Source: Callorhinchus milii
Taxonomy: Eukaryota
Assembly (NCBI RefSeq): GCF_018977255.1
Contig: NW_024704870.1
Coordinates: 62,001 to 126,000 of the forward strand
Reading direction: 5' to 3'
DNA length: 64,000 bases
Below are positions 1-12,962 of this stretch, one piece after another; positions within the stretch are counted from its first letter, which is position 1, and each line of letters begins with the position of its first letter. The notes beneath the pieces are model-generated. The model searched no databases, was not told the DNA's origin, and worked only from the letters and a program-made list of their open reading frames with translations. The position numbers and the translations under genes are program-made.

Positions 1-610
1 ACAACAAACCGTCCTTCACGAGGAATGGGCTTCCAATTTCTTTCATTTGGAAACCGCCTATAAAACTCCATACTTTTGAATTTGCTTAGAAAGCTTGCTG
101 AGAAGACGCAGTTGATGGTTAGAGACTCGCATTCTTCTCTTCTAATAGAGGATGGCGTCTGTTTACTGAGGCGCTGAAAACATCTGAGAAATTATGCACA
201 ATATTACATCAGTTTAACAGATTTTCAACGTTGACCACTGCTATTACAATTTCAGTGCAACTTTTGGTTTTATCTCCCTTGATATCAGTTGATATAATAT
301 ACTCAGGATTATGTAGTATCATTATTATATTAATTAATAATATGATTATAATATATAATAACAAAAGTAAAATAATTGCCTGTCGCGTTTCGCCCATCAA
401 AATACTAAGTTATTTCAGTACAAAATTATTATTTGAAGCGATTTGAGACGTCCCATCCACATCATAACGCTATACATCAATTACAAGGATTAATTTGTAG
501 TGTAGTTACAGTACTGATGACATTCACTGGTGCTGTGAAGTGCTGTGTTGTGGAAACAACCACTTACATTGTAAGAAGAGGAAGGAGATGGAGACACAGA
601 GAAGAGACAT
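1..610 (-). CDS. NTCRV: NAR-TCR V, partial (3' end off the window); 1-nt deletion near 162 relative to the 22.4 kb copy
   Basis: Leader MSLLCVSISFLFLQ at 568-610 with GTAAG donor; V exon from 183 down is nearly identical to 22367-22652; ctgtttac vs ctgtgttac shifts the frame (real or assembly error). Confidence 0.8.
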
Positions 611-1393
611 CCTCTCACGCTGGGAGATACCGTCAGCCCCGGACACCTCAGAGTGACTGTAGGTAACACAGGGCTGTTCTGTAAGAGCGTTGGAGACTTG
701 GTTTTTTATGATGAACAGCGTCACATCATGGCTGGTGTCAGCGGCTTTGAGGGTGGGAGGGGTGTGGTTCGGGGGTGGAGGGAGAAGAACATACATGAGG
801 AAGGGGACTGACTCACTGTGCCGAGAGCAATGGGCAGAGAGGGGATTTGGGATGACTGTTCGAGGCTCATTTAGGTTTAAATGGACAACTGACGGGGAAG
901 CCAACGAGATGGAGTATAACCTGTCACTGTGAAGGGACAAAGGCTGTGTGATGTAGAGAGGGACTTCACTGAGAATTGGGAATGACACAGAAATAAACTA
1001 TTTACACACCTTTGATCTTGGAGTGAGTTCTATTGAAGTGACCAGCAGCAGGACGGGGAAGCCGGTCAATGCAGCAGTGAGATAGTGAGATATGTGATGA
1101 TGGGTAAGAAGGAGGAGGGAGAAATAGGGGTAAAGGAGTATGTGTTGGGTGATATATATTTCGTGGGGATTGAAGGGTGACAAGGAGATGAAGGGCTGCG
1201 GGGACATGGAGGAGGAAGAGAAGGCAGCGAAATGATGATTACTATTCAGCATATCATGTGAAGTGGTTTACAACGACTTAACGTTATGGTAATTCACTTT
1301 ATGATAATAATAATTATTCTCATTGTTATTAATTCACTTTGTTACATACAACCATTATTATTAATAACTAATGTCTCGGACTATCTGGTCCAC

Positions 1394-1449
<56 letters not shown>

Positions 1450-1580
1450 TTCGCTGGCTCTCTTTATTTAGATCCTCAGGAAATTTTCCTGCTGCACACA
1501 CACATCCACACAAACACAAATATACACATACACAAAACAAACACACACACACACATATACACAAACCCAGACACACACCC
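1394..1580. repeat. (TGTC)n-(TC)n-(CA)n compound microsatellite; homologous copies near 11170, 23880, 38225, 54925
   Basis: Directly visible, at the same position upstream of each NAR-V leader. Confidence 0.9.
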
Positions 1581-1855
1581 TCTGTTTAGCGGTAAGCACA
1601 AATCTGCATATTTTTCGAATGTTGGACCGCTTTGTCTACAATGTAATAATGATAATAATTTGATTACTTAATCCACGACTGTGTAGAGGAAGCGGCCTAT
1701 GTTTTTCCTTTTCGCTTAAAAAACAATCATTACCCTTTGCAGCATGTTCGGTGAAAAGTTTTGGGGCGTCTCGTTGACGTGATGAGACGCTGTGTAAAAT
1801 GCAATGAATGTTATTTTTATTAAGTCCTTTCACGCAGGTCCTTGGTTTTGAGCAC

Positions 1856-2701
1856 GTAACGTGAATATTTCGCACTATAAATTGTGGCTGTTGTCTGGGT
1901 AATGTCGGTACCAGAAGAGATAGTAATAGCTTTCATTCGTGGAATAGGTACATTCAAAAGTCACGTTCCTCCCACTTTCTTAAGCATCACGGCACCTTTC
2001 TGACTGACAGGGTCCCCACGGCAGAGTTCTGTAATAAACATGGAAGATAACGACATTATATTATTAAAAAATTGCCTGAATTAATTTCTCAGCGCCTTGT
2101 GACGTTATCTGATGAGAAAGATTCCATGTAGACTTCAATTGTAATGAAGTAACAGTAATAATCGCTGTGTTTAACATATCGGATTATCACATTGTTGGGA
2201 ATTCTGAAAACGCTCCACACAATATTACTGTAAAGTGAATTGCTGAGTATTTTTATGGCGAAAGGCAGCAGCCATTGCGCAAGGAGTGTCCCACAATTAG
2301 ACGTGGACTGGGTTGTCATATTTTATTTTTAATTCTGTGAGGCCTTTATTATCCGCGTAAAGCGATCCGCCAATCCAGTAAAAAGGTTTGAGAAATTATC
2401 ACAATTTGGAAGTTATTATTAGCACATTGTGTTCAAAAGGTAATGAAGGAAACAGTGTCGTCTTGTTAATAGAGACCACAGACTTGTGATGGATAAATGA
2501 CAAGGTTTCGTGTCCTGTCCGGGAATCGAACCCACGTCCTCTCACTTGAGAGGCGAGTGCTGTAACAACTGAGCTACAGACTTCCCTCCAACAAATGTTG
2601 TTGTAATGGAGCTCACCATCAGCAGCAATACGGAATCAGCTCAACACGGCCTCACCTGACATGAAGGTTCCCAGCACCAGACAGACAGCAAACAGCCTCA
2701 T
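1856..2701 (-). pseudogene. 3'-truncated conventional TCR V (family ELCxGD)
   Basis: Leader MRLFAVCLVLGTFMS at 2656-2701; exon from 2028 (ELCRGDPVSQKGAV..WYRH) stops at about 1856; no FR3 and no RSS. Confidence 0.85.
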
Positions 2702-3497
2702 TGCTGCTCTTCCGTCTGTGTGGTTGTGTCTGTGCCATCAGTTTGCTGATAACCCGCAGTGATTGTCGGCATTGGCGGAGCCACAGTCTCACGTCACCTC
2801 ATTGGCATCTCAGCCGCGTTTCAATACAGTATCCAATTGCTTTCAAGCGGTTTTCACCAGTCACGGGGAAGGGAATCCTCCCTTCAGCTCCTGGTAACAA
2901 CGAAGGCCATAGCCCTAACTAGTAGACTGATCATCAAAATAAATAACAATAATCGTTCAATTTGATGTAGGATATTATCACATTTTCCAGAAGACCGAAA
3001 GCGTTTCACATAATCTATTACATAGTGTAGTGACTTTGTATTTTGTGAGCGTATCAAGGCATACGATTGCGCACAGCAGTGTACAATAGATAGACGTGGA
3101 TTGAGTGACCAAATTGTTTACCCCTTATTATATCTTTTGAAGGGAAATATTAACGGCGGAAAGGAATCCGCCAGTCAGGTTCATATCTAGCTCGCTAAAC
3201 GGCGGTTTGTGCAGTAAGGAAACTTGCCCAACATTTCGCCCTACGGGAATCGAACACCTGTCCCTCGCATGCGAGGTATGTGCTCTAACCACGGTTATTG
3301 CATGGTCAGTTGAGTTCATGGGATCATTGAGTTGTTTGTTTGACAGTCAGATGAGCCGTCAATGTAATGTTCTCTTTGTGTCTCTGTCTGGTTTCCTTTC
3401 CTACAGGAATCGCTGCTGCGGCCGAGAGAGACAGAAGCACAAACCCACTAAACGCTGATAGTTTTTGTACGAGTCTCTGCTTGTTCCCATCACTGTG

Positions 3498-4394
3498 TGG
3501 TTGGAGAGCACAGTAATACACAGCGATGTCAGACAGCTCCAAGAGGAAGATGGTTTAACTGCTGAATTTTGTCGTGGTGTGGAGCTCAATAGAGAACCGT
3601 ATTTTAACAAAGTCTGCTTTATATGTATACCACCGGAATGCGTTTATACACATACTATGATTGAGTTTCTTGTTGTTCTCGATACCAGTTTAAATAGTAG
3701 CTGCTCAGAGACGTATCATAATGACATTCCATGGTCACACTTCCTCCTTCTTTCCCAATCACTGAAGCCACCTTCTGTGTCACAGAGTCTCCCTGTGTCA
3801 GGCCTGAAAGACAAGAACGTGGAGTCCTGTAGCTCAGTGGTTAGAGCGGTCGCCTCGTAAGAGATACGACCCGGTTCGGTTCTCGGAGAGGACAGGGCAC
3901 AATCTTAAGCTAAAACAACCACAACAAGATTTCATTTATAGAGCCCCTTTCACGTCGTTTCCTTAACGCACACTCCTCTGGTTAACCAACGCTAAGTAGA
4001 AATATGTTGGTTAAACAATTAGCTGATCCCTATTCGGGAATAATATTCCGTTCAAAAAGAAAATAACAGACATTTAAAATGTAGTCAGTGAATCGTTGAT
4101 TATTTGGGGGACACTACTGTGCGCAATTGGCTACCGAGTCTCCCTCGCGAAACAGAAAGTCTCTGCAGTTGACAGTATATTACTTGAAGCGCCTTGAGAC
4201 TGCTCGAAAACATATTGAAGCGCCATATAAAACGCGATTACAATGATTATTATGTTTAATAATATGAGCAGAAAAGGAAACCGATTCAGTTAAATGATTT
4301 TAAAAAATAATTGAAAGATGTATAATTCTTATAGTAAATTACCTATTAAAATGGCAGCGAGAACCAGACACAAACTGGTTCCCTCCAACCCCAT
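3498..4394 (-). pseudogene. Conventional TCR V pseudogene (family GLTQGD)
   Basis: Leader 4343-4394, exon 3498-3803; TAG after WYREQQETQS plus indels; RSS heptamer 3491-3497, 22-bp spacer, nonamer 3460-3468. Confidence 0.85.
3822..3900 (+). mobile_element. tRNA-derived SINE head in the V intron; homologues near 15050, 44385, 61170; many more heads across the window
   Basis: GGAGTCCTGTAGCTCAGTGGTTAGAGCG..GTTCG: A/B-box tRNA-like sequence, degenerate, no intact cloverleaf. Confidence 0.75.
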
Positions 4395-5710
4395 CACTTA
4401 CTCCACAACTGAGCTCTTGGGTGGATAAGTTATTGGTGTTGATCGTAGGCGTATGGCTTTGAGTCTGGTTGACACTTGATCGCTATGACCTCACTTCCTA
4501 ATCAAGTGACGCGAGCATCGTCTGCTCAACGTTGGAGCGAAGTTAAAGTGTCACAGTTTATCTTCTGGGGGAAGTAAGAGTGAATTTCCTTCGAGCCCAT
4601 TCAATTTAGTGACAGGCTTGACACAGAAAGGAAGACCAGATTTGTTGGTTTCCATGATATCACAGAGGTAGGATTGTAAATAACCAAATAGGGATTTAAA
4701 GGTGAGTGTGAGGATCTTGAATTCGGTCTGAGGCGGTTGAATTCGCTGGCGAATGGGAGCGAGTAGATTTGGATAGGTTCAGATCAAAAACTAACGTAAT
4801 CGTGTGTGAAAGTAACAGAACATACAGATTTTTGGATAGTATGCAATTTGTGAAGGGAAGGGGCAGGTTATAGAGTAAGCAGACACTTTGTGTAATCTTG
4901 CCTGGACATGATCAACGCAAGAATTTAGATGTAAAATCAAGGAAACCAGCAGCCGAGCCTGAAAGAATAAATGTTCGCCTTCCATCATCTGAGGTGACTT
5001 ACTTTTAGTTGTACGTTCTCTTATCTGTCAGAATGTTTTTGGTTCAGGATTCAAGTTGACAATTTGAGATCAAATTCTAGATTGAAATTCAAATTCATGA
5101 AACAATAATTCTTCATAAACTGTCATTCATGACAGCCGTTGCTCCCGTATCATAATGGAAACTAAAAGAGTAATTCGCAATCATTTTGCCAAAAGTCCTA
5201 TGCGATCATTATCTTCCACGTGAACAGACAAGTCAGTACCTCAGTCGAATAACAATAACAAACCTTTCATTTGATAAAGCACATTATCTCGTGTTAGAGA
5301 CGTCTTAAAGAGCTGCATTGAAAATATTGTAAAGTGAATTCATGGTACGTTTTGCGTCATCCAAGAATTGAAATTTTTTTATCTTTTATTTCAAGGATTT
5401 ATTACCGACTCGGACAAGTGATACAAAACGTTGGAAGGCCGCCGGATATAATTTCTCTTCCAAATGATGCTCGACTTCAAAATACTCCGCTTCAAATCCC
5501 CTTCTGGATTAAAGATGACAATTTGTAAATGCTTAAATTTAGCTGGCAGCCTTCTTTGATTTCTTGATCAGTTGGACATTAATAGTAACGTGTCGCTCTC
5601 TGAAGGCCAATGTGCCACAATTCATCACTGCTTCATATTTCAGGCAAACTTGAAGTAAAGCAGTGATTGTAATAATAATGTGTTGAGGTTCCCAGTGGCT
5701 TATATTACTG

Positions 5711-5770
5711 AGGCTCAGAGTACAGTAACACTCCCCGCTGTCAGACACTGTGAGACCACAGATACTGAAG
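5711..5770 (-). pseudogene. V relic (FR3 end only)
   Basis: Translates FSICGLTVSDSGECYCTLSL; RSS decayed; copies at 16901, 29175, 47022. Confidence 0.55.
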
Positions 5771-6817
5771 CCCCCCCTTCCACACACCAAATCCTCGCCT
5801 CACAATTATGTTGATCTGTTCTGAGCCCCAAAGGGCATTTTTTCATTATAATAGTTTACATTGCAACACAGAATTGAGCCAATCTTGCCAACGGCAATTG
5901 TACATTGTTGTACTTGCGGACTATTTAACCAGTAATAAATAGGAATCCGTTGTTATTCGATTGGCGAACCACTTTCCGGGTTAATAATCCCTCCGAAAGG
6001 TGTTGGTCACTGCTCTCCACCAATCGACTAACAGATGAGTTCGTACTTACTGCTACTTAAACAGAGGTGTGTGGATAAAAGAAACTTGCCCATCGTTTCG
6101 CCCCAACGTGAGTCGAAACCAGGTCTCTCACTGTCGAGGTGAGTGTTCTAACCACTGAGCCACCGGACTTCGCAGATATAAACTTTGAATCAATATTGGT
6201 CATTGATTGGAACATTGGCACATTGAAATACCGAACATTTGTTTGTCAATCTGAAACTTTAGGAAACCCATCGCCAAGCTATAGAGACTCCAAATATCGC
6301 TACCTCCCATCTCCTCGTGGAAATCACTGAAATAGTCTTTTTGAATGGAATGAGCATTCTCCTCCCTTATGAAACTATGCAGTTTAGCTAAATCCGTCAA
6401 TGATTAGCCGCAAGTTGGCGAGAGCCAAGGCTTGAGGACACCACATTAGGCTTTGGGGTAACTGTTGCTGTATAACCAGCTAATGCCACACAGTTTCCCG
6501 TTCACACCGCCAATTCGCAGCAACTTCTTTTGCAGTATATTTGTGAAGCCGTTTGAGACATCTCGAAGTCGCGATAAGGCGCTACATTAAATGTAAGATT
6601 CACTATTAATTCGTTCACTCTTTCCCTACACGAACTGTTCCATCACATTTTGGTTGTGGTTGGCAATCAGCCGCGTGTTTCCTCTGAGAGAAACAGGAGC
6701 AAAGTAAAAAATGTGAATTAGGTCAACTGTCAGCATTAACATCTGTGCTGAGATGAGACCCTTTCTCTCCTCTTTGGCGGTTTATGCACATTGATGTAGT
6801 CTGACAGTAACAGTGTG

Positions 6818-7123
6818 TTTGTGATGGCACAGTAATGTTTGACCATGTCAGACAGAGCCACGGGGAACACAAATAGAGTGGATCTCTTCCTGCCCATGTA
6901 CAGATTTGGCGTTAAACTTTGCGTTGCAAATTCAGCAATGAACTATATCCCCTCAGAATCATGTCTCCTTGTGTACAGAGGAGGTTCCTTGGATACTGAC
7001 GGTACCAGAATATTAAAACATTGGTGGAATCAGCAGAGAAGGTGCAGCTCAGGGTTACAGTCTGTACTTCAGTAACAGACATTTCCACCTCTGATGGTTC
7101 AACACTGACTCCATCTCCTGTCA
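6818..7123 (-). pseudogene. Degenerate TCR V (family GDGVSVEPSE), frameshifted
   Basis: TLSC..WYRQYP then a 1-nt deletion relative to the 18.0 kb copy; heptamer mutated to CACACTG (6811-6817); 23-bp spacer. Confidence 0.8.
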
Positions 7124-8261
7124 CTATAGCCAGAGAAAACATGTTTATCAGTGTCATACAAAGCCCGGAGGTAAATACACTAATTGTTTAAGGGTTAGGG
7201 TGAAAGACGTAACATTATGCACAATAAAAGTGAATGTAACATCGCAAAGGAATTAACAGCGCAAATGTGCTGCCCTGTTAACCACAAAGCACATAGCAAC
7301 TCAAATTTGCAATCAAAATATGTGAAGAGCTTTAAGTTATACTCTATACCGAAAACATATAAGGACTGTTGTTCCTTCATCTCCAGGATTTATTTTCTAT
7401 GCTGGGTTGTCAAAAATCAGCCTTGTGCTCCAACGTAGGTCAAGTAATACCCATTGATTATCTTGACTTCATCTACTGCAAGTAACATAATAGCAATGAT
7501 TGCATTTGATGGAGTGATTGTACATTTTCATCTGGAGCGCACACCTGTGTCCTGCAAAAACAGCGTGGATCAAGAAACAAAACTATTATTTGCCAATTAG
7601 TTTTGTAGTTGTCATTACCCCAGATAATAATTTGACAGTCGACCAGCAAACGCGTTCTCACGTACTGCAAGAAAAACAGAGGCGCGAGTATGGAGTAAGG
7701 AAACTTGACCAACTTTCGCACTGCCTGGGATTCGAACCCATGTCATCTCACTAACGATTAAGGTACACGTCTCCACTGACATTAAAATATCACTTTAAAA
7801 CAAATCAGTGTGAAAACATATGTAACAGCATTTCGAGTGCCCGCTGTAACAAACAAATAATTGGAGTAGGCATTTTTACTGCAAAATATACAGTCAATTC
7901 AATTGTAAGAATAATCTGAGAAGCGCTTTGAGAAGTCTCAATGACGTGCTGCGACATAAAGTCAAATGGAAAGATTATTTTATTTGTTATTTTCTTTTTA
8001 TTGCTGTTATTATTAACATGCTAAACTTCCAAAAACATTTATCACAATCTTCTCTCTGTTGGTGAAGAACATCTCAACTATACAGTAAGAAAAGTATCAC
8101 ATATTTTAGCTGACTTGACAAATCTCAACAAGATGTGAGCTATGGTGGCATTTGGCAGAAGGTTTGTTACACTCTCTGTCGCCAACTCCATTGTGTTGTT
8201 TCCCAGCTTTGGTTGTGATGAGGGTTATTGTACGAGGTTTCCTATGATGTGTATCACTGTG

Positions 8262-8563
8262 GTGCAGACTGAGTGCACAGTGATACATAGCGGAGTCTGT
8301 CAGCCGCAGGTCGGCGATGGTTAAAACGCTGATTTTCTTGGCAGTGTCAAGAGAAGCAGAAATATGATCTCCAGTGGGGTTTCCTCCCTCTCCTGAGGGT
8401 TTTCTGTGGAACAGGTATTTCATTCCCTCGCCAGGGGTCTGTCGGTACCAGGAGACGCTGAAATCCTGTCCACAGAATCCTGAATATTGGCAATGTAAAT
8501 TTATCCTCTCACCAGTGAAAGCCGCTTGTTCCGTCGGTGACTGAGAAACTGTATAACTCGATC
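8262..8563 (-). CDS. STCRDV: Leaderless supporting TCR-delta V with CDR1 Cys
   Basis: Acceptor cccgcag|GA; open frame SSYTVSQSPTEQ..HCQYSGFCGQDFSVSWYRQ..YHCALSLH; RSS heptamer 8255-8261, 23-bp spacer, nonamer ACAATAACC 8223-8231. Confidence 0.9.
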
Positions 8564-8719
8564 CTGCGGGAGCAAATTACAGTTTACTTAGAGTCATGGA
8601 ATCATTGAATCTTTCAGCACAGAAAGAGGCCATTCAGCCCATTGTGTCTGTGAAAAGAGCTTTGAAAAAAGCCAACCAATAAATCCCCTCTCCGCAATGA
8701 ACACATAGACTTTATAATT

Positions 8720-9110
8720 TTTTGATGCATCCAGCAATTCCATACTGAAATTATCTTTCGAATCTGTTTCCACCACCCTTGAGCAGCACATTGCATTCAA
8801 TAACATTTCGTGAAAATAAATCTTCTGCTCTCCCCTCTTGTTCTTTTACCACTTATCATACATTTGGGTTCATTGGTGACTGAACCACTTGCAAGTGGAA
8901 GCATGTTATCCTTCTCTGCTCTATCAAAGACAGTCACAGCTCTGAACACTTAATCTAAATCTCCCCTAAACCTTCGTGCTCTCAGGAGAAATTGCCAGAT
9001 TCTTCATACAAATAATTCCCTTCTTCTGGTATCATTTTGCTAAATCCTTTGCCCCTGTCCAAGGCCTTCACCATGTGTCCGTGAAAGGTACAAAGATATG
9101 TAGGATTATG
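8720..9110 (-). mobile_element. CR1-type LINE 3' RT fragment in the J-to-supporting-V intron
   Basis: Homologous to 19930-20300, which reads (with frameshifts) ALDRVQRPFSKMIP..FS..RRFSGDLDEVFR, typical of the CR1 ORF2 C-terminus. Confidence 0.7.
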
Positions 9111-9565
9111 TTACATCAACAGTGGAAGGAGCAATGAGGATGTATTAAAAGTAGGCATTTCTTTAGCTGAGCCATGTTTTATTGCAGACCAAACCTCTAT
9201 TTTATGACTGTAACCATTGATATACTCTCATAAATGACCGTTTAATAAGGTTTGTTTCTCTAATCTTATTTTGTTTGCTGTTGGGTTGTCACATTGAGGC
9301 TTTGGGTGTCTGGATCATGGGAATGTTTAGCAGAGAATCAGGTGTCAGGTTGTACCGTTAACTCAGGGTTTACAGTTGAAGCAAATGGAAAGTTCTCTGC
9401 TGTAAATTCGTTACTTTAACATCGCTGCTGGAGGAGTTTATTCTCTGGTTGTTGCCAATATCAGTTTCTCTCAGTCTGTGGCTGCTCATTGCAGTTTCAT
9501 TGTGCCAGAAGCAAAGTGCTTTCTCTCTCTCTCTCTCTTTATGTGTTGCTTCCTTTCTTGCTCTG

Positions 9566-9793
9566 NNNNNNNNNNNNNNNNNNNNNNNNNNNNNNNNNNN
9601 NNNNNNNNNNNNNNNNNNNNNNNNNNNNNNNNNNNNNNNNNNNNNNNNNNNNNNNNNNNNNNNNNNNNNNNNNNNNNNNNNNNNNNNNNNNNNNNNNNNN
9701 NNNNNNNNNNNNNNNNNNNNNNNNNNNNNNNNNNNNNNNNNNNNNNNNNNNNNNNNNNNNNNNNNNNNNNNNNNNNNNNNNNNNNNNNNNNNN
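9566..9793. other. Assembly gap in a TC-rich microsatellite
   Basis: N run; equivalent gaps at 20765-21003 and 50965-51168. Confidence 1.
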
Positions 9794-10312
9794 NTCTATT
9801 CTTTCAGATTCGTTCCCTCTTTCTTTCTTTCTGTCCCTCTTTCTGTCTTATTCTTTTTTCATTCTTTCTTCAAATGTCATGGCTTACATTTTCGCAACAT
9901 GCAGTGTTTCTGCAGGCTTGCCTATTGACTTGCTTGTTGGTGTAGAATAAAGCAGATTACCTGGGATCTCTCAGCGAATATGGAGAGAGGAAAGTGTGTT
10001 AACGTTTCAGGTGATGAACTTGATTCAGAAATTTAGACCCCACTTTTCGGGAGAACAGAGGAGGTTATTGATGATAATACATCATTTTACCCAGCTCAAG
10101 TACAAATTCATTACCCAATTAATATCAATTTACTCTGGTCATGTTCCTTTGGAACTACTATGCAATCCAAATCAGTGACTTTCAAAACATGGAAATAAAA
10201 GTTGGTCATTTGAGAAACAAACCTTGATGTAGTATTCGGTTAGAATAATGTTTTTTGACAAACTCACGTGAATAAACTTTTATGTTATTCGTTAGAAATG
10301 TTTCGCACTTAC

Positions 10313-10367
10313 TTTTCGTTACAGTTACTTTGGTTCCTGACCATCTTCTGTATATTCCTTATAATAA
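10313..10367 (-). pseudogene. NTCRJ: Orphan NAR-TCR J (1-nt deletion in DGSG)
   Basis: 55 nt vs 56 nt for 21524-21579; GTAAG donor; RSS cacagta-22-gcaaaaact at 10368-10405. Confidence 0.85.
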
Positions 10368-10845
10368 CACAGTACACAGCTCTGACTCTACAAGGTGCAA
10401 AAACTGTTCCATCGATCATGGTTTAATCCTGGCACCAAAACAAGCAAATGCAGACAAATTGTTAATAAATTCCTATACTTATACACACAGTCCCATTTGT
10501 ATATATTCCTTTGTCCAAATCATGCTTATTTTCAGTAAGTTTTCCACATAAACACAGTCAAAGCGCAAAGCCGAAGAACATTTTCCTGCAAATATTCATA
10601 TAAATCATTTAATATATAATATAATTATCAGAATATAATTAAACCAATTCCCTGTCTAATTCCCGCCACAAACAACGTAGTTATTTCACTTCACAATGTA
10701 TTCCGAGAAAACCTTAAAACGTCTCATCGAAGTGATAAAGCAATATATCAATGCAAGGATCATTATTTTAGTTGTTATATCGCACATTGTTAGGATGATA
10801 TTCACTGGTGCTGTGTAGTGCTGTGTTATGGAAACAAACACTTAC

Positions 10846-10886
10846 ATTGTAAGAAGAGGAAGGAGATGGAGACAGAGGAGAGGCAT
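10846..10886 (-). pseudogene. NAR-TCR leader remnant with no V or D exon
   Basis: 41 nt vs 43 nt (frameshift); GTAAG donor; no V exon or D between here and the J at 10367. Confidence 0.75.
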
Positions 10887-12339
10887 TCTCTCACCGCTGA
10901 GAGATACCGTCAGCCCCGTACACCTCAGAGTGACTGCGAGTAACACAGAGCTGTTCTGTGACTGAGAGCAAAGGCGGAAGACGAGGCTTTTTGTTGAATT
11001 TTGACCACTCATTAGGAATGAATGGACAACTGACGAGGACCCGATAAGAGGAAGTCAATAAACTAACACCGGGAATAGGACAAAGTCTGTGTTATGGGGC
11101 TCCTCAACGACATGATAAGGTACTGTTTGAAAATCAAGACTTATTATTTATCTGTGGCTTGGCCAATATGTCTGTCTGTCTGTCTGACTGTCTTTCTTTG
11201 AAACCTTAGGAACGTTTCCTTTCTCAACACATACATATATACACACACATACACACACACTCACACACACACACAACTGTCTATCTGGCTGTAAGTGGGA
11301 ACCCGCTTGGTTGTTAAATGTTGATTCGCTTGGCATGGGCAAAAATCCCAGCATCATAATAATAATTTGGTTGCTTAATCCATGACTGCGTGTGGGACGC
11401 CGCGTTTTGCGGGCGAAATGCACCAATTGTTTGCCGCGTTTTGCCTATCAAACACACAGTCACTACACTTTACTGTATTTGATGTGAAGCGTTTCGTGTC
11501 GTTATGGATGAGGTGATGAAGCGTTGTATAGAATGCAAGGAATGTTATTATAATTCATTATTTTCACAAACGTCACTGTCCATGAACATTGACCTGATTT
11601 AAAGGGTGTGGGAAGAAGCTGATTACTGATGTTATCAGAAGTTTGGGATGAGATATTGTCTTGAACTATGGACTTGGAGGGCAAAGCAGTTTGACGGTGT
11701 GTGTGAGCTATAGGCAATAGTTTTATAATTGGAGCCAGTTTTCGCTCACTATCATGCTAACGCTTGCATAATATATGGTCGATTTCATGACTCAAAACTC
11801 TTCACAAATTATATTGAATAGTTGATTGGCTTTACATATTGTTGGTAAATTGAATCGGATAATTGTGCAGAGCAGTGTCCCACAGTGAATAGTGGATTGA
11901 GGGACGAAATTCATCTTTTACTTATGTATTTACGGACATTTTAAATAAAATAATATATTTGGATTATTGACCCCCCGGTAAGCGATCTGCAAATGGACAG
12001 ACAAGTATGTTCCAACTTACTGTTAGGTAAACGAAGGCGTGTATAGAGACAGGAATCTTACCTAGGAATCCAAACTGCACGGCCCATGTCCTCTGTGTTG
12101 CTGTAACCATTAATCTACAGGACTCCGCATTACTTACATTGCTAAGTGCTTATGAGGAGTGCTCCCGATGTGTAATCCGCTGCATGAAAGTCAGTTTTAT
12201 TGTGTTGTTTATGGCGGCATCTAATGGTATTTCAAAAGAATATCAGTGTCTGTGTTGTCTCGGGATTAGTTTATTGGTGAAACAAGCAAATTGGCTTAGA
12301 TTTACCCGGTTAGCCATTGAGAGCAGACACGAAGACGTG

Positions 12340-12610
12340 CACCATCAGCATTCCTCTCTGATTAACACACTACATCTGAGCAACCACCTCTTCAACCACC
12401 GCTTCCCAACGTCTTTCCTCCTTTTTCCCAGGAAGTTCCCCAGCCACCCACCACCCCAGCTTCCACCCCCTCTTCCAAGCTCACCATCTGCAGTTCCCAA
12501 CCTGCCCAGCTCTTACCACAAGCTCTCACCCCCTCCAAAACACCCAACCCATCCACCCCACCAATGATATGGAATTCATTCTTCTTCCTCACAGTCAAAC
12601 GAAAAATATT
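12340..12610 (+). mobile_element. Probable L2 LINE fragment
   Basis: C-rich stretch resembling L2 RT coding sequence; similarity judged by eye only. Confidence 0.4.
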
Positions 12611-12962
12611 CAACAACGACTACAAAAACAACTTGGATTTATATAGGGCCCTCCATTCCGGAGGACGTCTCAAATTTTCGAAATGGATTGGTATTGTTGC
12701 ATTTGCAGAGCTCGGTTAATCAACAGAAGCGTGGACTGTTGCAGCTAACTGCCTATCAACTTTACTCTCTGCAGTTAATGTGACACATATTTAGGAGGAT
12801 CTTCAGCAGACAGACTGAATTGTGATGGATGTGGCTTCCCCTGCAGCTCGCTGCACACAAAGATTGAGTCTGAACACGCACAAGGTTGATCAGATAGCCA
12901 GACCAAGCTCAGAATGCCAGTTTAGTTATTGTACGAGGCTGTGGTTGGTTCCCATCACTGTG

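Noticed and set aside
524-988. 154-aa minus-strand ORF (paralogue 23122-23466)
   Set aside because: Only its last part (568-610) is the real leader exon; the rest is promoter, and the frame is not conserved among copies
2506-2585. tRNA-like sequences (dozens across the window)
   Set aside because: Degenerate SINE heads lacking intact stems; they are followed by SINE body or tail sequence
3365-3410. Strong plus-strand splice-acceptor-like tract 3' of GLTQGD-family RSS (also about 14630, 43965, 60750)
   Set aside because: No conserved downstream ORF or donor; cannot be told apart from a purine-rich flank on the coding strand
4395-4405. Donor-like GTAAGT/GTGAGT just upstream of the GLTQGD leader ATG
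   Set aside because: Poor exonic context and no evidence of an upstream exon; probably chance
9449-9950. Long ORFs spanning N runs (also 20543-21158, 50810-51273)
   Set aside because: Artefacts of untranslatable gaps and microsatellites
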